DNA from: Utricularia gibba
Taxonomy: Eukaryota; Plantae; Magnoliophyta
NCBI GenBank assembly: GCA_002189035.1
Contig: NEEC01000446.1
Location: 1-28,028, forward strand
Direction of reading: 5' to 3'
DNA: 28,028 nucleotides
Within the stretch, counting starts at the first letter, position 1. Every line of letters starts with the position of its first letter. Under the pieces are notes generated by a model. The model had not been told where the DNA came from and did not search any database. It saw nothing but the letters and a program-made list of their open reading frames with translations. The translations under genes and the position numbers were made by a program. Of the stretch, positions 8,501 through 23,500 are shown piece by piece.

Positions 8501-11500
8501 AATTGATAAACCCTTGGTTCGGTTCGGGCCCAATCAAAACCCGTAGGGTTTAACCCGTTCGGGTTGAACAGAAAGACAACCCCATGGGTCATGCAAACTG
8601 TAATACCCAGAATTTCATCGGGTTGGGTCCGAACCTGAATGGATCCAACCCAGGCCCATCTCTAATCATAATCATATGATATAGGTTTATTAAATTATAA
8701 ATAATTGAAATACATTATTTATTAAACCGTAGGATAACTGTGAAAGCTTCTTTGACTTAATTATTACCATTTGATCCTCAGTTGTACTTTGGATGGAGTG
8801 TGTATTTTTACTTTAGTCAATTTAATTAGCATTCGATCCTTGGTTATGATTCAGATCATATTTGCTATTTTTTTACTTTAAATATTTTTATTATCATTCG
8901 ATCCTTAAGTATAATGCGGATCGAGCGCGTATTTTTTATTTTAATATTTTTTTATTAGCATTCGAACGTTAGGTATGCTGCGGATCGAGCGTATATTTTT
9001 CACTCTCATATTTTTATTAGCCTTAGATCCTTAGGTATACTTTGGATCGAGTGCATATTCATTTATTTTAAATCTTAATTAGCGTTCCACCGTTAGGAGC
9101 AATTTAGAACGTGTATACATTACAATGCCATGCCACACGGGCGTGGTTTACGCACAACCCACGCCCGTGTGCCCTTGCAATGTAAACACGCTCCACATTG
9201 CTCCTAAGGATCGAGCGTTAACACAAGTTTCAAGTAAACCATCTCCACTCGATCCGAATCATGTCTAAAGACCGAAAGCCAATAAAAATATTAAAATAAA
9301 AAATATACGCTCGATCCGCATCATATCTTAGAATCGAATGCAAATAGAATCGTTCAAATAAAAAATATACACTCGATTGGAATCTTAACCAAGGATCGAA
9401 TGCTAATTAAAATGATTAAAATAAAAATGCACACTCCATCCAAAGTATAACTAAGGGTCGAATGCTAATAAAATTAAAAACTAAGAAACTTTCACATGTA
9501 GTATATGCTTTAATAACTAACGTATTTACATTATTTATATTTTAATAAATATATCACATGATTATAAAAATATTTTTTTTGTCATTGTAGAAAGCTCATC
9601 ACGCCACGCACACCACCCTGGAGAGGTTTCAACAGCTGTTATGAACTCACAACCCCTTGCTCAGCAGATTCAGTAAAATTCTCTAACACTTGGGCTTCCA
9701 ACGGATCATATCCCATATTCATTCATACGAAATTGTGCAAGAATAATGTGACTTTGAGTTTGAACTAGATAGTAGGACGCTGATCGAAGAATGGCCCATC
9801 GAGTCTCTAAAATTGGCCGTCCTCGCTCAACAAATGTGGGGTGCACGTGACATCCCAATTTCAACAAATGCATCATGATTTTCGTCGAGTGGGCCCATGA
9901 GCCCGTCCGAACCCGGGGCCCGGGCCAAGGGCCCCTCGAGAGCGCCCGCCTCAATACGAGGAGGTGTTCCTTCAAAAACCATATACGCGTCTCGTCACAA
10001 CCCAACGTTAATAAATGCATCACTTTTTTTGGCGCGCTACTGCTGACTTTGGGCCTGAGTTCGGCACGACCTCCGGCCGATCAGGGTGCCCCCCCGAGAG
10101 CTCCTCCTTAAGTATAAAGTGTGTTGTTGAAAAAAACCGTGTGCGGTTCTCGTGACATCCTAACTTCAACAAATGCATCACGATTTTCGTCGAGTCGGAC
10201 GGGACCGGGCTCCCGGGGCCCGGACGAGGCGCAGCGCCCGCTCCCCTCCCCCCCAAAACTAGAAGGTGTTCCATGGAAAACCATTTAGGCGGCTCGTGAC
10301 AACCCAAAGTTAATAAATGCATCACTTTCTTTGCCGGGCTACAATGACTTTACGCTCGAGCCTGGTACGACGTATGGGAAGATTCGAGTGCCCCCCGAGA
10401 GCGTCTCCACAAGTATAAAGCGTGTTGTTGAAAAAACCGTGTTGGGTGCACGTGACATCCTAATTTCAACAAATGTGTCACGATTTTCGCCGAGTGGGAC
10501 CAGAGTGGGCTCATCAGCCAGACCGAACCCGGGGCCCAAGCCAAGGGCCCCTCGAGAGCGCCCCCCCCACAAAACTAGATGGTGTTCCACGAAAAAAAAT
10601 TAGGCGGCTCGTGATAACCCAACGCTAAAATGCATCCCTTTTTTCGCCGGGCTAAAACTGACTTTGGGCTCATGCCCGGCGCGACCCCCAGCCCGTGTGC
10701 ATACGCAGCAGCACCACGAGGCCATGGGCTTGGTTAATGCCGCGTGCTCGAGCAGCAGCCACAAGGCCATACGGCCGTGGAAAAAAGAAAAAACAACCAT
10801 AAAATACAATAAGCCAAAAATAAAAAATAAAATTGATAAACCCTTGGTTCGGTTCGGGCCCAATCAAAACCCGTAGGGTTTAACCCGTTCGGGTTGAACA
10901 GAAAGACAACCCCATGGGTCATGCAAACTGTAATACCCAGAATTTCATCGGGTTGGGTCCGAACCTGAATGGATCCAACCCAGGCCCATCTCTAATCATA
11001 ATCATATGATATAGGTTTATTAAATTATAAATAATTGAAATACATTATTTATTAAACCGTAGGATAACTGTGAAAGCTTCTTTGACTTAATTATTACCAT
11101 TTGATCCTCAGTTGTACTTTGGATGGAGTGTGTATTTTTACTTTAGTCAATTTAATTAGCATTCGATCCTTGGTTATGATTCAGATCATATTTGCTATTT
11201 TTTTACTTTAAATATTTTTATTATCATTCGATCCTTAAGTATAATGCGGATCGAGCGCGTATTTTTTATTTTAATATTTTTTATTAGCATTCGAACGTTA
11301 GGTATGCTGCGGATCGAGCGTATATTTTTCACTCTCATATTTTTATTAGCCTTAGATCCTTAGGTATACTTTGGATCGAGTGCATATTCATTTATTTTAA
11401 ATCTTAATTAGCGTTCCACCGTTAGGAGCAATTTAGAACGTGTATACATTACAATGCCATGCCACACGGGCGTGGTTTACGCACAACCCACGCCCGTGTG

Positions 11501-14500
11501 CCCTTGCAATGTAAACACGCTCCACATTGCTCCTAAGGATCGAGCGTTAACACAAGTTTCAAGTAAACCATCTCCACTCGATCCGAATCATGTCTAAAGA
11601 CCGAAAGCCAATAAAAATATTAAAATAAAAAATATACGCTCGATCCGCATCATATCTTAGAATCGAATGCAAATAGAATCGTTCAAATAAAAAATATACA
11701 CTCGATTGGAATCTTAACCAAGGATCGAATGCTAATTAAAATGATTAAAATAAAAATGCACACTCCATCCAAAGTATAACTAAGGGTCGAATGCTAATAA
11801 AATTAAAAACTAAGAAACTTTCACATGTAGTATATGCTTTAATAACTAACGTATTTACATTATTTATATTTTAATAAACATATATCACATGATTATAAAA
11901 ATATTTTTTTTGTCATTGTAGAAAGCTCATCACGCCACGCACACCACCCTGGAGAGGTTTCAACAGCTGTTATGAACTCACAACCCCTTGCTCAGCAGAT
12001 TCAGTAAAATTCTCTAACACTTGGGCTTCCAACGGATCATATCCCATATTCATTCATACGAAATTGTGCAAGAATAATGTGACTTTGAGTTTGAACTAGA
12101 TAGTAGGACGCTGATCGAAGAATGGCCCATCGAGTCTCTAAAATTGCCGTCCTCGCTCAACAAATGTGGGGTGCACGTGACATCCCAATTTCAACAAATG
12201 CATCATGATTTTCGTCGAGTGGGCCCATGAGCCCGTCCGAACCCGGGGCCCGGGCCAAGGGCCCCTCGAGAGCGCCCGCCTCAATACGAGGAGGTGTTCC
12301 TTCAAAAACCATATACGCGTCTCGTCACAACCCAACGTTAATAAATGCATCACTTTTTTTGGCGCGCTACTGCTGACTTTGGGCCTGAGTTCGGCACGAC
12401 CTCCGGCTCGATCAGGGTGCCCCCCCGAGAGCTCCTCCTTAAGTATAAAGTGTGTTGTTGAAAAAAAACCGTGTGCGGTTCTCGTGACATCCTAACTTCA
12501 ACAAATGCATCACGATTTTCGTCGAGTCGGACGGGACCGGGCTCCCGGGGCCCGGACGAGGCGCAGCGCCCGCTCCCCTCCCCCCCAAAACTAGAAGGTG
12601 TTCCATGGAAAACCATTTAGGCGGCTCGTGACAACCCAAAGTTTAATAAATGCATCACTTTCTTTGCCGGGCTACAATGACTTTACGCTCGAGCCTGGTA
12701 CGACGTATGGGAAGATTCGAGTGCCCCCCGAGAGCGTCTCCACAAGTATAAAGCGTGTTGTTGAAAAAACCGTGTTGGGTGCACGTGACATCCTAATTTC
12801 AACAAATGTGTCACGATTTTCGCCGAGTGGGACCAGAGTGGGCTCATCAGCCAGACCGAACCCGGGGCCCAAGCCAAGGGCCCCTCGAGAGCGCCCCCAC
12901 AAAACTAGATGGTGTTCCACGAAAAAAAATTAGGCGGCTCGTGATAACCCAACGCTAAGAAATGCATCCCTTTTTTCGCCGGGCTAAAACTGACTTTGGG
13001 CTCATGCCCGGCGCGACCCCAGCCCGTGTGCATACGCAGCAGCACCACGAGGCCACATGGGCTTGGTTAATGCCCGCGTGCTCGAGCAGCAGCCACAAGG
13101 CCATACGGCCGTGGAAAAAAAGAAAAACAACCATAAAATACAATAAGCCAAAAATAAAAAATAAAATTGATAAACCCTTGGTTCGGTTCGGGCCCAATCA
13201 AAACCCGTAGGGTTTAACCCGTTCGGGTTGAACAGAAAGACAACCCCATGGGTCATGCAAACTGTAATACCCAGAATTTCATCGGGTTGGGTCCGAACCT
13301 GAATGGATCCAACCCAGGCCCATCTCTAATCATAATCATATGATATAGGTTTATTAAATTATAAATAATTGAAATACATTATTTATTAAACCGTAGGATA
13401 ACTGTGAAAGCTTCTTTGACTTAATTATTACCATTTGATCCTCAGTTGTACTTTGGATGGAGTGTGTATTTTTACTTTAGTCAATTTAATTAGCATTCGA
13501 TCCTTGGTTATGATTCAGATCATATTTGCTATTTTTTTACTTTAAATATTTTTATTATCATTCGATCCTTAAGTATAATGCGGATCGAGCGCGTATTTTT
13601 TATTTTAATATTTTTTATTAGCATTCGAACGTTAGGTATGCTGCGGATCGAGCGTATATTTTTCACTCTCATATTTTTATTAGCCTTAGATCCTTAGGTA
13701 TACTTTGGATCGAGTGCATATTCATTTATTTTAAATCTTAATTAGCGTTCCACCGTTAGGAGCAATTTAGAACGTGTATACATTACAATGCCATGCCACA
13801 CGGGCGTGGTTTACGCACAACCCACGCCCGTGTGCCCTTGCAATGTAAACACGCTCCACATTGCTCCTAAGGATCGAGCGTTAACACAAGTTTCAAGTAA
13901 ACCATCTCCACTCGATCCGAATCATGTCTAAAGACCGAAAGCCAATAAAAATATTAAAATAAAAAATATACGCTCGATCCGCATCATATCTTAGAATCGA
14001 ATGCAAATAGAATCGTTCAAATAAAAAATATACACTCGATTGGAATCTTAACCAAGGATCGAATGCTAATTAAATGATTAAAATAAAAATGCACACTCCA
14101 TCCAAAGTATAACTAAGGGTCGAATGCTAATAAAATTAAAAACTAAGAAACTTTCACATGTAGTATATGCTTTAATAACTAACGTATTTACATTATTTAT
14201 ATTTTAATAAACATATATCACATGATTATAAAAATATTTTTTTTGTCATTGTAGAAAGCTCATCACGCCACGCACACCACCCTGGAGAGGTTTCAACAGC
14301 TGTTATGAACTCACAACCCCTTGCTCAGCAGATTCAGTAAAATTCTCTAACACTTGGGCTTCCAACGGATCATATCCCATATTCATTCATACGAAATTGT
14401 GCAAGAATAATGTGACTTTGAGTTTGAACTAGATAGTAGGACGCTGATCGAAGAATGGCCCATCGAGTCTCTAAAATTGGCCGTCCTCGCTCAACAAATG

Positions 14501-17500
14501 TGGGGTGCACGTGACATCCCAATTTCAACAAATGCATCATGATTTTCGTCGAGTGGGCCCATGAGCCCGTCCGAACCCGGGGCCCGGGCCAAGGGCCCCT
14601 CGAGAGCGCCCGCCTCAATACGAGGAGGTGTTCCTTCAAAAACCATATACGCGTCTCGTCACAACCCAACGTTAATAAATGCATCACTTTTTTTGGCGCG
14701 CTACTGCTGACTTTGGGCCTGAGTTCGGCACGACCTCCGGCTCGATCAGGGTGCCCCGAGAGCTCCTCCTTAAGTATAAAGTGTGTTGTTGAAAAAAACC
14801 GTGTGCGGTTCTCGTGACATCCTAACTTCAACAAATGCATCACGATTTTCGTCGAGTCGGACGGGACCGGGCTCCCGGGGCCCGGACGAGGCGCAGCGCC
14901 CGCTCCCCTCCCCCCAAAAACTAGAAGGTGTTCCATGGAAAACCATTTAGGCGGCTCGTGACAACCCAAAGTTAATAAATGCATCACTTTCTTTGCCGGG
15001 CTACAATGACTTTACGCTCGAGCCTGGTACGACGTATGGGAAGATTCGAGTGCCCCCCGAGAGCGTCTCCACAAGTATAAAGCGTGTTGTTGAAAAAACC
15101 GTGTTGGGTGCACGTGACATCCTAATTTCAACAAATGTGTCACGATTTTCGCCGAGTGGGACCAGAGTGGGCTCATCAGCCAGACCGAACCCGGGGCCCA
15201 AGCCAAGGGCCCCTCGAGAGCGCCCCCCCACAAAACTAGATGGTGTTCCACGAAAAAAAATTAGGCGGCTCGTGATAACCCAACGCTAAGAAATGCATCC
15301 CTTTTTTCGCCGGGCTAAAACTGACTTTGGGCTCATGCCCGGCGCGACCCCCAGCCCGTGTGCATACGCAGCAGCACCACGAGGCCACATGGGCTTGGTT
15401 AATGCCCGCGTGCTCGAGCAGCAGCCACAAGGCCATACGGCCGTGGAAAAAAGAAAAACAACCATAAAATACAATAAGCCAAAAATAAAAAATAAAATTG
15501 ATAAACCCTTGGTTCGGTTCGGGCCCAATCAAAACCCGTAGGGTTTAACCCGTTCGGGTTGAACAGAAAGACAACCCCATGGGTCATGCAAACTGTAATA
15601 CCCAGAATTTCATCGGGTTGGGTCCGAACCTGAATGGATCCAACCCAGGCCCATCTCTAATCATAATCATATGATATAGGTTTATTAAATTATAAATAAT
15701 TGAAATACATTATTTATTAAACCGTAGGATAACTGTGAAAGCTTCTTTGACTTAATTATTACCATTTGATCCTCAGTTGTACTTTGGATGGAGTGTGTAT
15801 TTTTACTTTAGTCAATTTAATTAGCATTCGATCCTTGGTTATGATTCAGATCATATTTGCTATTTTTTTACTTTAAATATTTTTATTATCATTCGATCCT
15901 TAAGTATAATGCGGATCGAGCGCGTATTTTTTATTTTAATATTTTTTATTAGCATTCGAACGTTAGGTATGCTGCGGATCGAGCGTATATTTTCACTCTC
16001 ATATTTTTATTAGCCTTAGATCCTTAGGTATACTTTGGATCGAGTGCATATTCATTTATTTTAAATCTTAATTAGCGTTCCACCGTTAGGAGCAATTTAG
16101 AACGTGTATACATTACAATGCCATGCCACACGGGCGTGGTTTACGCACAACCCACGCCCGTGTGCCCTTGCAATGTAAACACGCTCCACATTGCTCCTAA
16201 GGATCGAGCGTTAACACAAGTTTCAAGTAAACCATCTCCACTCGATCCGAATCATGTCTAAAGACCGAAAGCCAATAAAAATATTAAAATAAAAAATATA
16301 CGCTCGATCCGCATCATATCTTAGAATCGAATGCAAATAGAATCGTTCAAATAAAAATATACACTCGATTGGAATCTTAACCAAGGATCGAATGCTAATT
16401 AAATGATTAAAATAAAAATGCACACTCCATCCAAAGTATAACTAAGGGTCGAATGCTAATAAAATTAAAAACTAAGAAACTTTCACATGTAGTATATGCT
16501 TTAATAACTAACGTATTTACATTATTTATATTTTAATAAACATATATCACATGATTATAAAATATTTTTTTTTGTCATTGTAGAAAGCTCATCACGCCAC
16601 GCACACCACCCTGGAGAGTTTCAACAGCTGTTATGAACTCACAACCCCTTGCTCAGCAGATTCAGTAAAATTCTCTAACACTTGGGCTTCCAACGGATCA
16701 TATCCCATATTCATTCATACGAAATTGTGCAAGAATAATGTGACTTTGAGTTTGAACTAGATAGTAGGACGCTGATCGAAGAATGGCCCATCGAGTCTCT
16801 AAAATTGGCCGTCCTCGCTCAACAAATGTGGGGTGCACGTGACATCCCAATTTCAACAAATGCATCATGATTTTCGTCGAGTGGGCCCATGAGCCCGTCC
16901 GAACCCGGGGCCCGGGCCAAGGGCCCCTCGAGAGCGCCCGCCTCAATACGAGGAGGTGTTCCTTCAAAAACCATATACGCGTCTCGTCACAACCCAACGT
17001 TAATAAATGCATCACTTTTTTTGGCGCGCTACTGCTGACTTTGGGCCTGAGTTCGGCACGACCTCCGGCTCGATCAGGGTGCCCCCCGAGAGCTCCTCCT
17101 TAAGTATAAAGTGTGTTGTTGAAAAAAACGGTGTGCGGTTCTCGTGACATCCTAACTTCAACAAATGCATCACGATTTTCGTCGAGTCGGACGGGACCGG
17201 GCTCCCGGGGCCCGGACGAGGCGCAGCGCCCGCTCCCCTCCCCCCCAAAACTAGAAGGTGTTCCATGGAAAACCATTTAGGCGGCTCGTGACAACCCAAA
17301 GTTAATAAATGCATCACTTTCTTTGCCGGGCTACAATGACTTTACGCTCGAGCCTGGTACGACGTATGGGAAGATTCGAGTGCCCCCCGAGAGCGTCTCC
17401 ACAAGTATAAAGCGTGTTGTTGAAAAAACCGTGTTGGGTGCACGTGACATCCTAATTTCAACAAATGTGTCACGATTTTCGCCGAGTGGGACCAGAGTGG

Positions 17501-20500
17501 GCTCATCAGCCAGACCGAACCCGGGGCCCAAGCCAAGGGCCCCTCGAGAGCCCCCCCCACAAAACTAGATGGTGTTCCACGAAAAAAAATTAGGCGGCTC
17601 GTGATAACCCAACGCTAAGAAATGCATCCCTTTTTTCGCCGGGCTAAAACTGACTTTGGGCTCATGCCCGGCGCGACCCCCAGCCCGTGTGCATACGCAG
17701 CAGCACCACGAGGCCACATGGGCTTGGTTAATGCCCGCGTGCTCGAGCAGCAGCCACAAGGCCATACGGCCGTGGAAAAAAAGAAAAACAACCATAAAAT
17801 ACAATAAGCCAAAAATAAAAAATAAAATTGATAAACCCTTGGTTCGGTTCGGGCCCAATCAAAACCCGTAGGGTTTAACCCGTTCGGGTTGAACAGAAAG
17901 ACAACCCCCATGGGTCATGCAAACTGTAATACCCAGAATTTCATCGGGTTGGGTCCGAACCTGAATGGATCCAACCCAGGCCCATCTCTAATCATAATCA
18001 TATGATATAGGTTTATTAAATTATAAATAATTGAAATACATTATTTATTAAACCGTAGGATAACTGTGAAAGCTTCTTTGACTTAATTATTACCATTTGA
18101 TCCTCAGTTGTACTTTGGAGTGTGTATTTTTACTTTAGTCAATTTAATTAGCATTCGATCCTTGGTTATGATTCAGATCATATTTGCTATTTTTTTACTT
18201 TAAATATTTTTATTATCATTCGATCCTTAAGTATAATGCGGATCGAGCGCGTATTTTTTATTTTAATATTTTTTATTAGCATTCGAACGTTAGGTATGCT
18301 GCGGATCGAGCGTATATTTTTCACTCTCATATTTTTATTAGCCTTAGATCCTTAGGTATACTTTGGATCGAGTGCATATTCATTTATTTTAAATCTTAAT
18401 TAGCGTTCCACCGTTAGGAGCAATTTAGAACGTGTATACATTACAATGCCATGCCACACGGGCGTGGTTTACGCACAACCCACGCCCGTGTGCCCTTGCA
18501 ATGTAAACACGCTCCACATTGCTCCTAAGGATCGAGCGTTAACACAAGTTTCAAGTAAACCATCTCCACTCGATCCGAATCATGTCTAAAGACCGAAAGC
18601 CAATAAAAAATTTAAAATAAAAAATATACGCTCGATCCGCATCATATTCTTAGAATCGAATGCAAATAGAATCGTTCAAATAAAAAATATACACTCGATT
18701 GGAATCTTAACCAAGGATCGAATGCTAATTAAATGATTAAAATAAAAATGCACACTCCATCCAAAGTATAACTAAGGGTCGAATGCTAATAAAATTAAAA
18801 ACTAAGAAACTTTCACATGTAGTATATGCTTTAATAACTAACGTATTTACATTATTTATATTTTAATAAACATATATCACATGATTATAAAAATATTTTT
18901 TTTGTCATTGTAGAAAGCTCATCACGCCACGCACACCACCCTGGAGAGGTTTCAACAGCTGTTATGAACTCACAACCCCTTGCTCAGCAGATTCAGTAAA
19001 ATTCTCTAACACTTGGGCTTCCAACGGATCATATCCCATATTCATTCATACGAAATTGTGCAAGAATAATGTGACTTTGAGTTTGAACTAGATAGTAGGA
19101 CGCTGATCGAAGAATGGCCCATCGAGTCTCTAAAATTGGCCGTCCTCGCTCAACAAATGTGGGGTGCACGTGACATCCCAATTTCAACAAATGCATCATG
19201 ATTTTCGTCGAGTGGGCCCATGAGCCCGTCCGAACCCGGGGCCCGGGCCAAGGGCCCCTCGAGAGCGCCGCCTCAATACGAGGAGGTGTTCCTTCAAAAA
19301 CCATATACGCGTCTCGTCACAACCCAACGTTAATAAATGCATCACTTTTTTTGGCGCGCTACTGCTGACTTTGGGCCTGAGTTCGGCACGACCTCCGGCT
19401 CGATCAGGGTGCCCCCCCGAGAGCTCCTCCTTAAGTATAAAGTGTGTTGTTGAAAAAAACCGTGTGCGGTTCTCGTGACATCCTAACTTCAACAAATGCA
19501 TCACGATTTTCGTCGAGTCGGACGGGACCGGGCTCCCGGGGCCCGGACGAGGCGCAGCGCCCGCTCCCCTCCCCCCCAAAACTAGAAGGTGTTCCATGGA
19601 AAACCATTTAGGCGGCTCGTGACAACCCAAAGTTAATAAATGCATCACTTTCTTTGCCGGGCTACAATGACTTTACGCTCGAGCCTGGTACGACGTATGG
19701 GAAGATTCGAGTGCCCCCGAGAGCGTCTCCACAAGTATAAAGCGTGTTGTTGAAAAACCGTGTTGGGTGCACGTGACATCCTAATTTCAACAAATGTGTC
19801 ACGATTTTCGCCGAGTGGGACCAGAGTGGGCTCATCAGCCAGACCGAACCCGGGGCCCAAGCCAAGGGCCCCTCGAGAGCGCCCCCCACAAAACTAGATG
19901 GTGTTCCACGAAAAAAAATTAGGCGGCTCGTGATAACCCAACGCTAAGAAATGCATCCCTTTTTTCGCCGGGCTAAAACTGACTTTGGGCTCATGCCCGG
20001 CGCGACCCCCAGCCCGTGTGCATACGCAGCAGCACCACGAGGCCACATGGGCTTGGTTAATGCCCGCGTGCTCGAGCAGCAGCCACAAGGCCATACGGCC
20101 GTGGAAAAAAAGAAAAACAACCATAAAATACAATAAGCCAAAAATAAAAAATAAAATTGATAAACCCTTGGTTCGGTTCGGGCCCAATCAAAACCCGTAG
20201 GGTTTAACCCGTTCGGGTTGAACAGAAAGACAACCCCATGGGTCATGCAAACTGTAATACCCAGAATTTCATCGGGTTGGGTCCGAACCTGAATGGATCC
20301 AACCCAGGCCCATCTCTAATCATAATCATATGATATAGGTTTATTAAATTATAAATAATTGAAATACATTATTTATTAAACCGTAGGATAACTGTGAAAG
20401 CTTCTTTGACTTAATTATTACCATTTGATCCTCAGTGTGTGTATTTTTCTTTAGTCAATTTAATTAGCATTCGATCCTTGGTTATGATTCAGATCATATT

Positions 20501-23500
20501 TGCTATTTTTTTACTTTAAATATTTTTATTATCATTCGATCCTTAAGTATAATGCGGATCGAGCGCGTATTTTTTATTTTAATATTTTTTATTAGCATTC
20601 GAACGTTAGGTATGCTGCGGATCGAGCGTATATTTTTCACTCTCATATTTTTATTAGCCTTAGATCCTTAGGTATACTTTGGATCGAGTGCATATTCATT
20701 TATTTTAAATCTTAATTAGCGTTCCACCGTTAGGAGCAATTTAGAACGTGTATACATTACAATGCCATGCCACACGGGCGTGGTTTACGCACAACCCACG
20801 CCCGTGTGCCCTTGCAATGTAAACACGCTCCACATTGCTCCTAAGGATCGAGCGTTAACACAAGTTTCAAGTAAACCATCTCCACTCGATCCGAATCATG
20901 TCTAAAGACCGAAAGCCAATAAAAATATTAAAAATAAAAATATACGCTCGATCCGCATCATATCTTAGAATCGAATGCAAATAGAATCGTTCAAATAAAA
21001 AATATACACTCGATTGGAATCTTAACCAATCGAATGCTAATTAAAATGATTAAAATAAAAATGCACACTCCATCCAAAGTATAACTAAGGGTCGAATGCT
21101 AATAAAATTAAAAACTAAGAAACTTTCACATGTAGTATATGCTTTAATAACTAACGTATTTACATTATTTATATTTTAATAAACATATATCACATGATTA
21201 TAAAAATATTTTTTTTGTCATTGTAGAAAGCTCATCACGCCACGCACACACACCCTGGAGAGGTTTCAACAGCTGTTATGAACTCACAACCCTTGCTCAG
21301 CAGATTCAGTAAAATTCTCTAACACTTGGGCTTCCAACGGATCATATCCCATATTCATTCATACGAAATTGTGCAAGAATAATGTGACTTTGAGTTTGAA
21401 CTAGATAGTAGGACGCTGATCGAAGAATGGCCCATCGAGTCTCTAAAATTGGCCGTCCTCGCTCAACAAATGTGGGGTGCACGTGACATCCCAATTTCAA
21501 CAAATGCATCATGATTTTCGTCGAGTGGGCCCATGAGCCCGTCCGAACCCGGGGCCCGGGCCAAGGGCCCCTCGAGAGCGCCCGCCTCAATACGAGGAGG
21601 TGTTCCTTCAAAACCATATACGCGTCTCGTCACAACCCAACGTTAATAAATGCATCACTTTTTTTGGCGCGCTACTGCTGACTTTGGGCCTGAGTTCGGC
21701 ACGACCTCCGGCTCGATCAGGGTGCCCCCCCGAGAGCTCCTCCTTAAGTATAAAGTGTGTTGTTGAAAAAAACCGTGTGCGGTTCTCGTGACATCCTAAC
21801 TTCAACAAATGCATCACGATTTTCGTCGAGTCGGACGGGACCGGGCTCCCGGGGCCGGACGAGGCGCAGCGCCCGCTCCCCTCCCCCCAAAACTAGAAGG
21901 TGTTCCATGGAAAACCATTTAGGCGGCTCGTGACAACCCAAAGTTAATAAATGCATCACTTTCTTTGCCGGGCTACAATGACTTTACGCTCGAGCCTGGT
22001 ACGACGTATGGGAAGATTCGAGTGCCCCCCGAGAGCGTCTCCACAAGTATAAAGCGTGTTGTTGAAAAAACCGTGTTGGGTGCACGTGACATCCTAATTT
22101 CAACAAATGTGTCACGATTTTCGCCGAGTGGGACCAGAGTGGGCTCATCAGCCAGACCGAACCCGGGGCCCAAGCCAAGGGCCCCTCGAGAGCGCCCCCC
22201 CACAAAACTAGATGGTGTTCCACGAAAAAAAATTAGGCGGCTCGTGATAACCCAACGCTAAGAAATGCATCCCTTTTTTCGCCGGGCTAAAACTGACTTT
22301 GGGCTCATGCCCGGCGCGACCCCCAGCCCGTGTGCATACGCAGCAGCACCACGAGGCCACATGGGCTTGGTTAATGCCGCGTGCTCGAGCAGCAGCCACA
22401 AGGCCATACGGCCGTGGAAAAAAAGAAAAACAACCATAAAATACAATAAGCCAAAAATAAAAATAAAATTGATAAACCCTTGGTTCGGTTCGGGCCCAAT
22501 CAAAACCCGTAGGGTTTAACCCGTTCGGGTTGAACAGAAAGACAACCCCATGGGTCATGCAAACTGTAATACCCAGAATTTCATCGGGTTGGGTCCGAAC
22601 CTGAATGGATCCAACCCAGGCCCATCTCTAATCATAATCATATGATATAGGTTTATTAAATTATAAATAATTGAAATACATTATTTATTAAACCGTAGGA
22701 TAACTGTGAAAGCTTCTTTGACTTAATTATTACCATTTGATCCTCAGTTGTACTTTGGATGGAGTGTGTATTTTTACTTTAGTCAATTTAATTAGCATTC
22801 GATCCTTGGTTATGATTCAGATCATATTTGCTATTTTTTTACTTTAAATATTTTTATTATCATTCGATCCTTAAGTATAATGCGGATCGAGCGCGTATTT
22901 TTTATTTTAATATTTTTTATTAGCATTCGAACGTTAGGTATGCTGCGGATCGAGCGTATATTTTTCACTCTCATATTTTTATTAGCCTTAGATCCTTAGG
23001 TATACTTTGGATCGAGTGCATATTCATTTATTTTAAATCTTAATTAGCGTTCCACCGTTAGGAGCAATTTAGAACGTGTATACATTACAATGCCATGCCA
23101 CACGGGCGTGGTTTACGCACAACCCACGCCCGTGTGCCCTTGCAATGTAAACACGCTCCACATTGCTCCTAAGGATCGAGCGTTAACACAAGTTTCAAGT
23201 AAACCATCTCCACTCGATCCGAATCATGTCTAAAGACCGAAAGCCAATAAAAATATAAAAAAAAAAATATACGCTCGATCCGCATCATATCTTAGAATCG
23301 AATGCAAATAGAATCGTTCAAATAAAAATATACACTCGATTGGAATCTTAACCAAGGATCGAATGCTAATTAAATGATTAAAATAAAAATGCACACTCCA
23401 TCCAAAGTATAACTAAGGGTCGAATGCTAATAAAATTAAAAACTAAGAAACTTTCACATGTAGTATATGCTTTAATAACTAACGTATTTACATTATTTAT

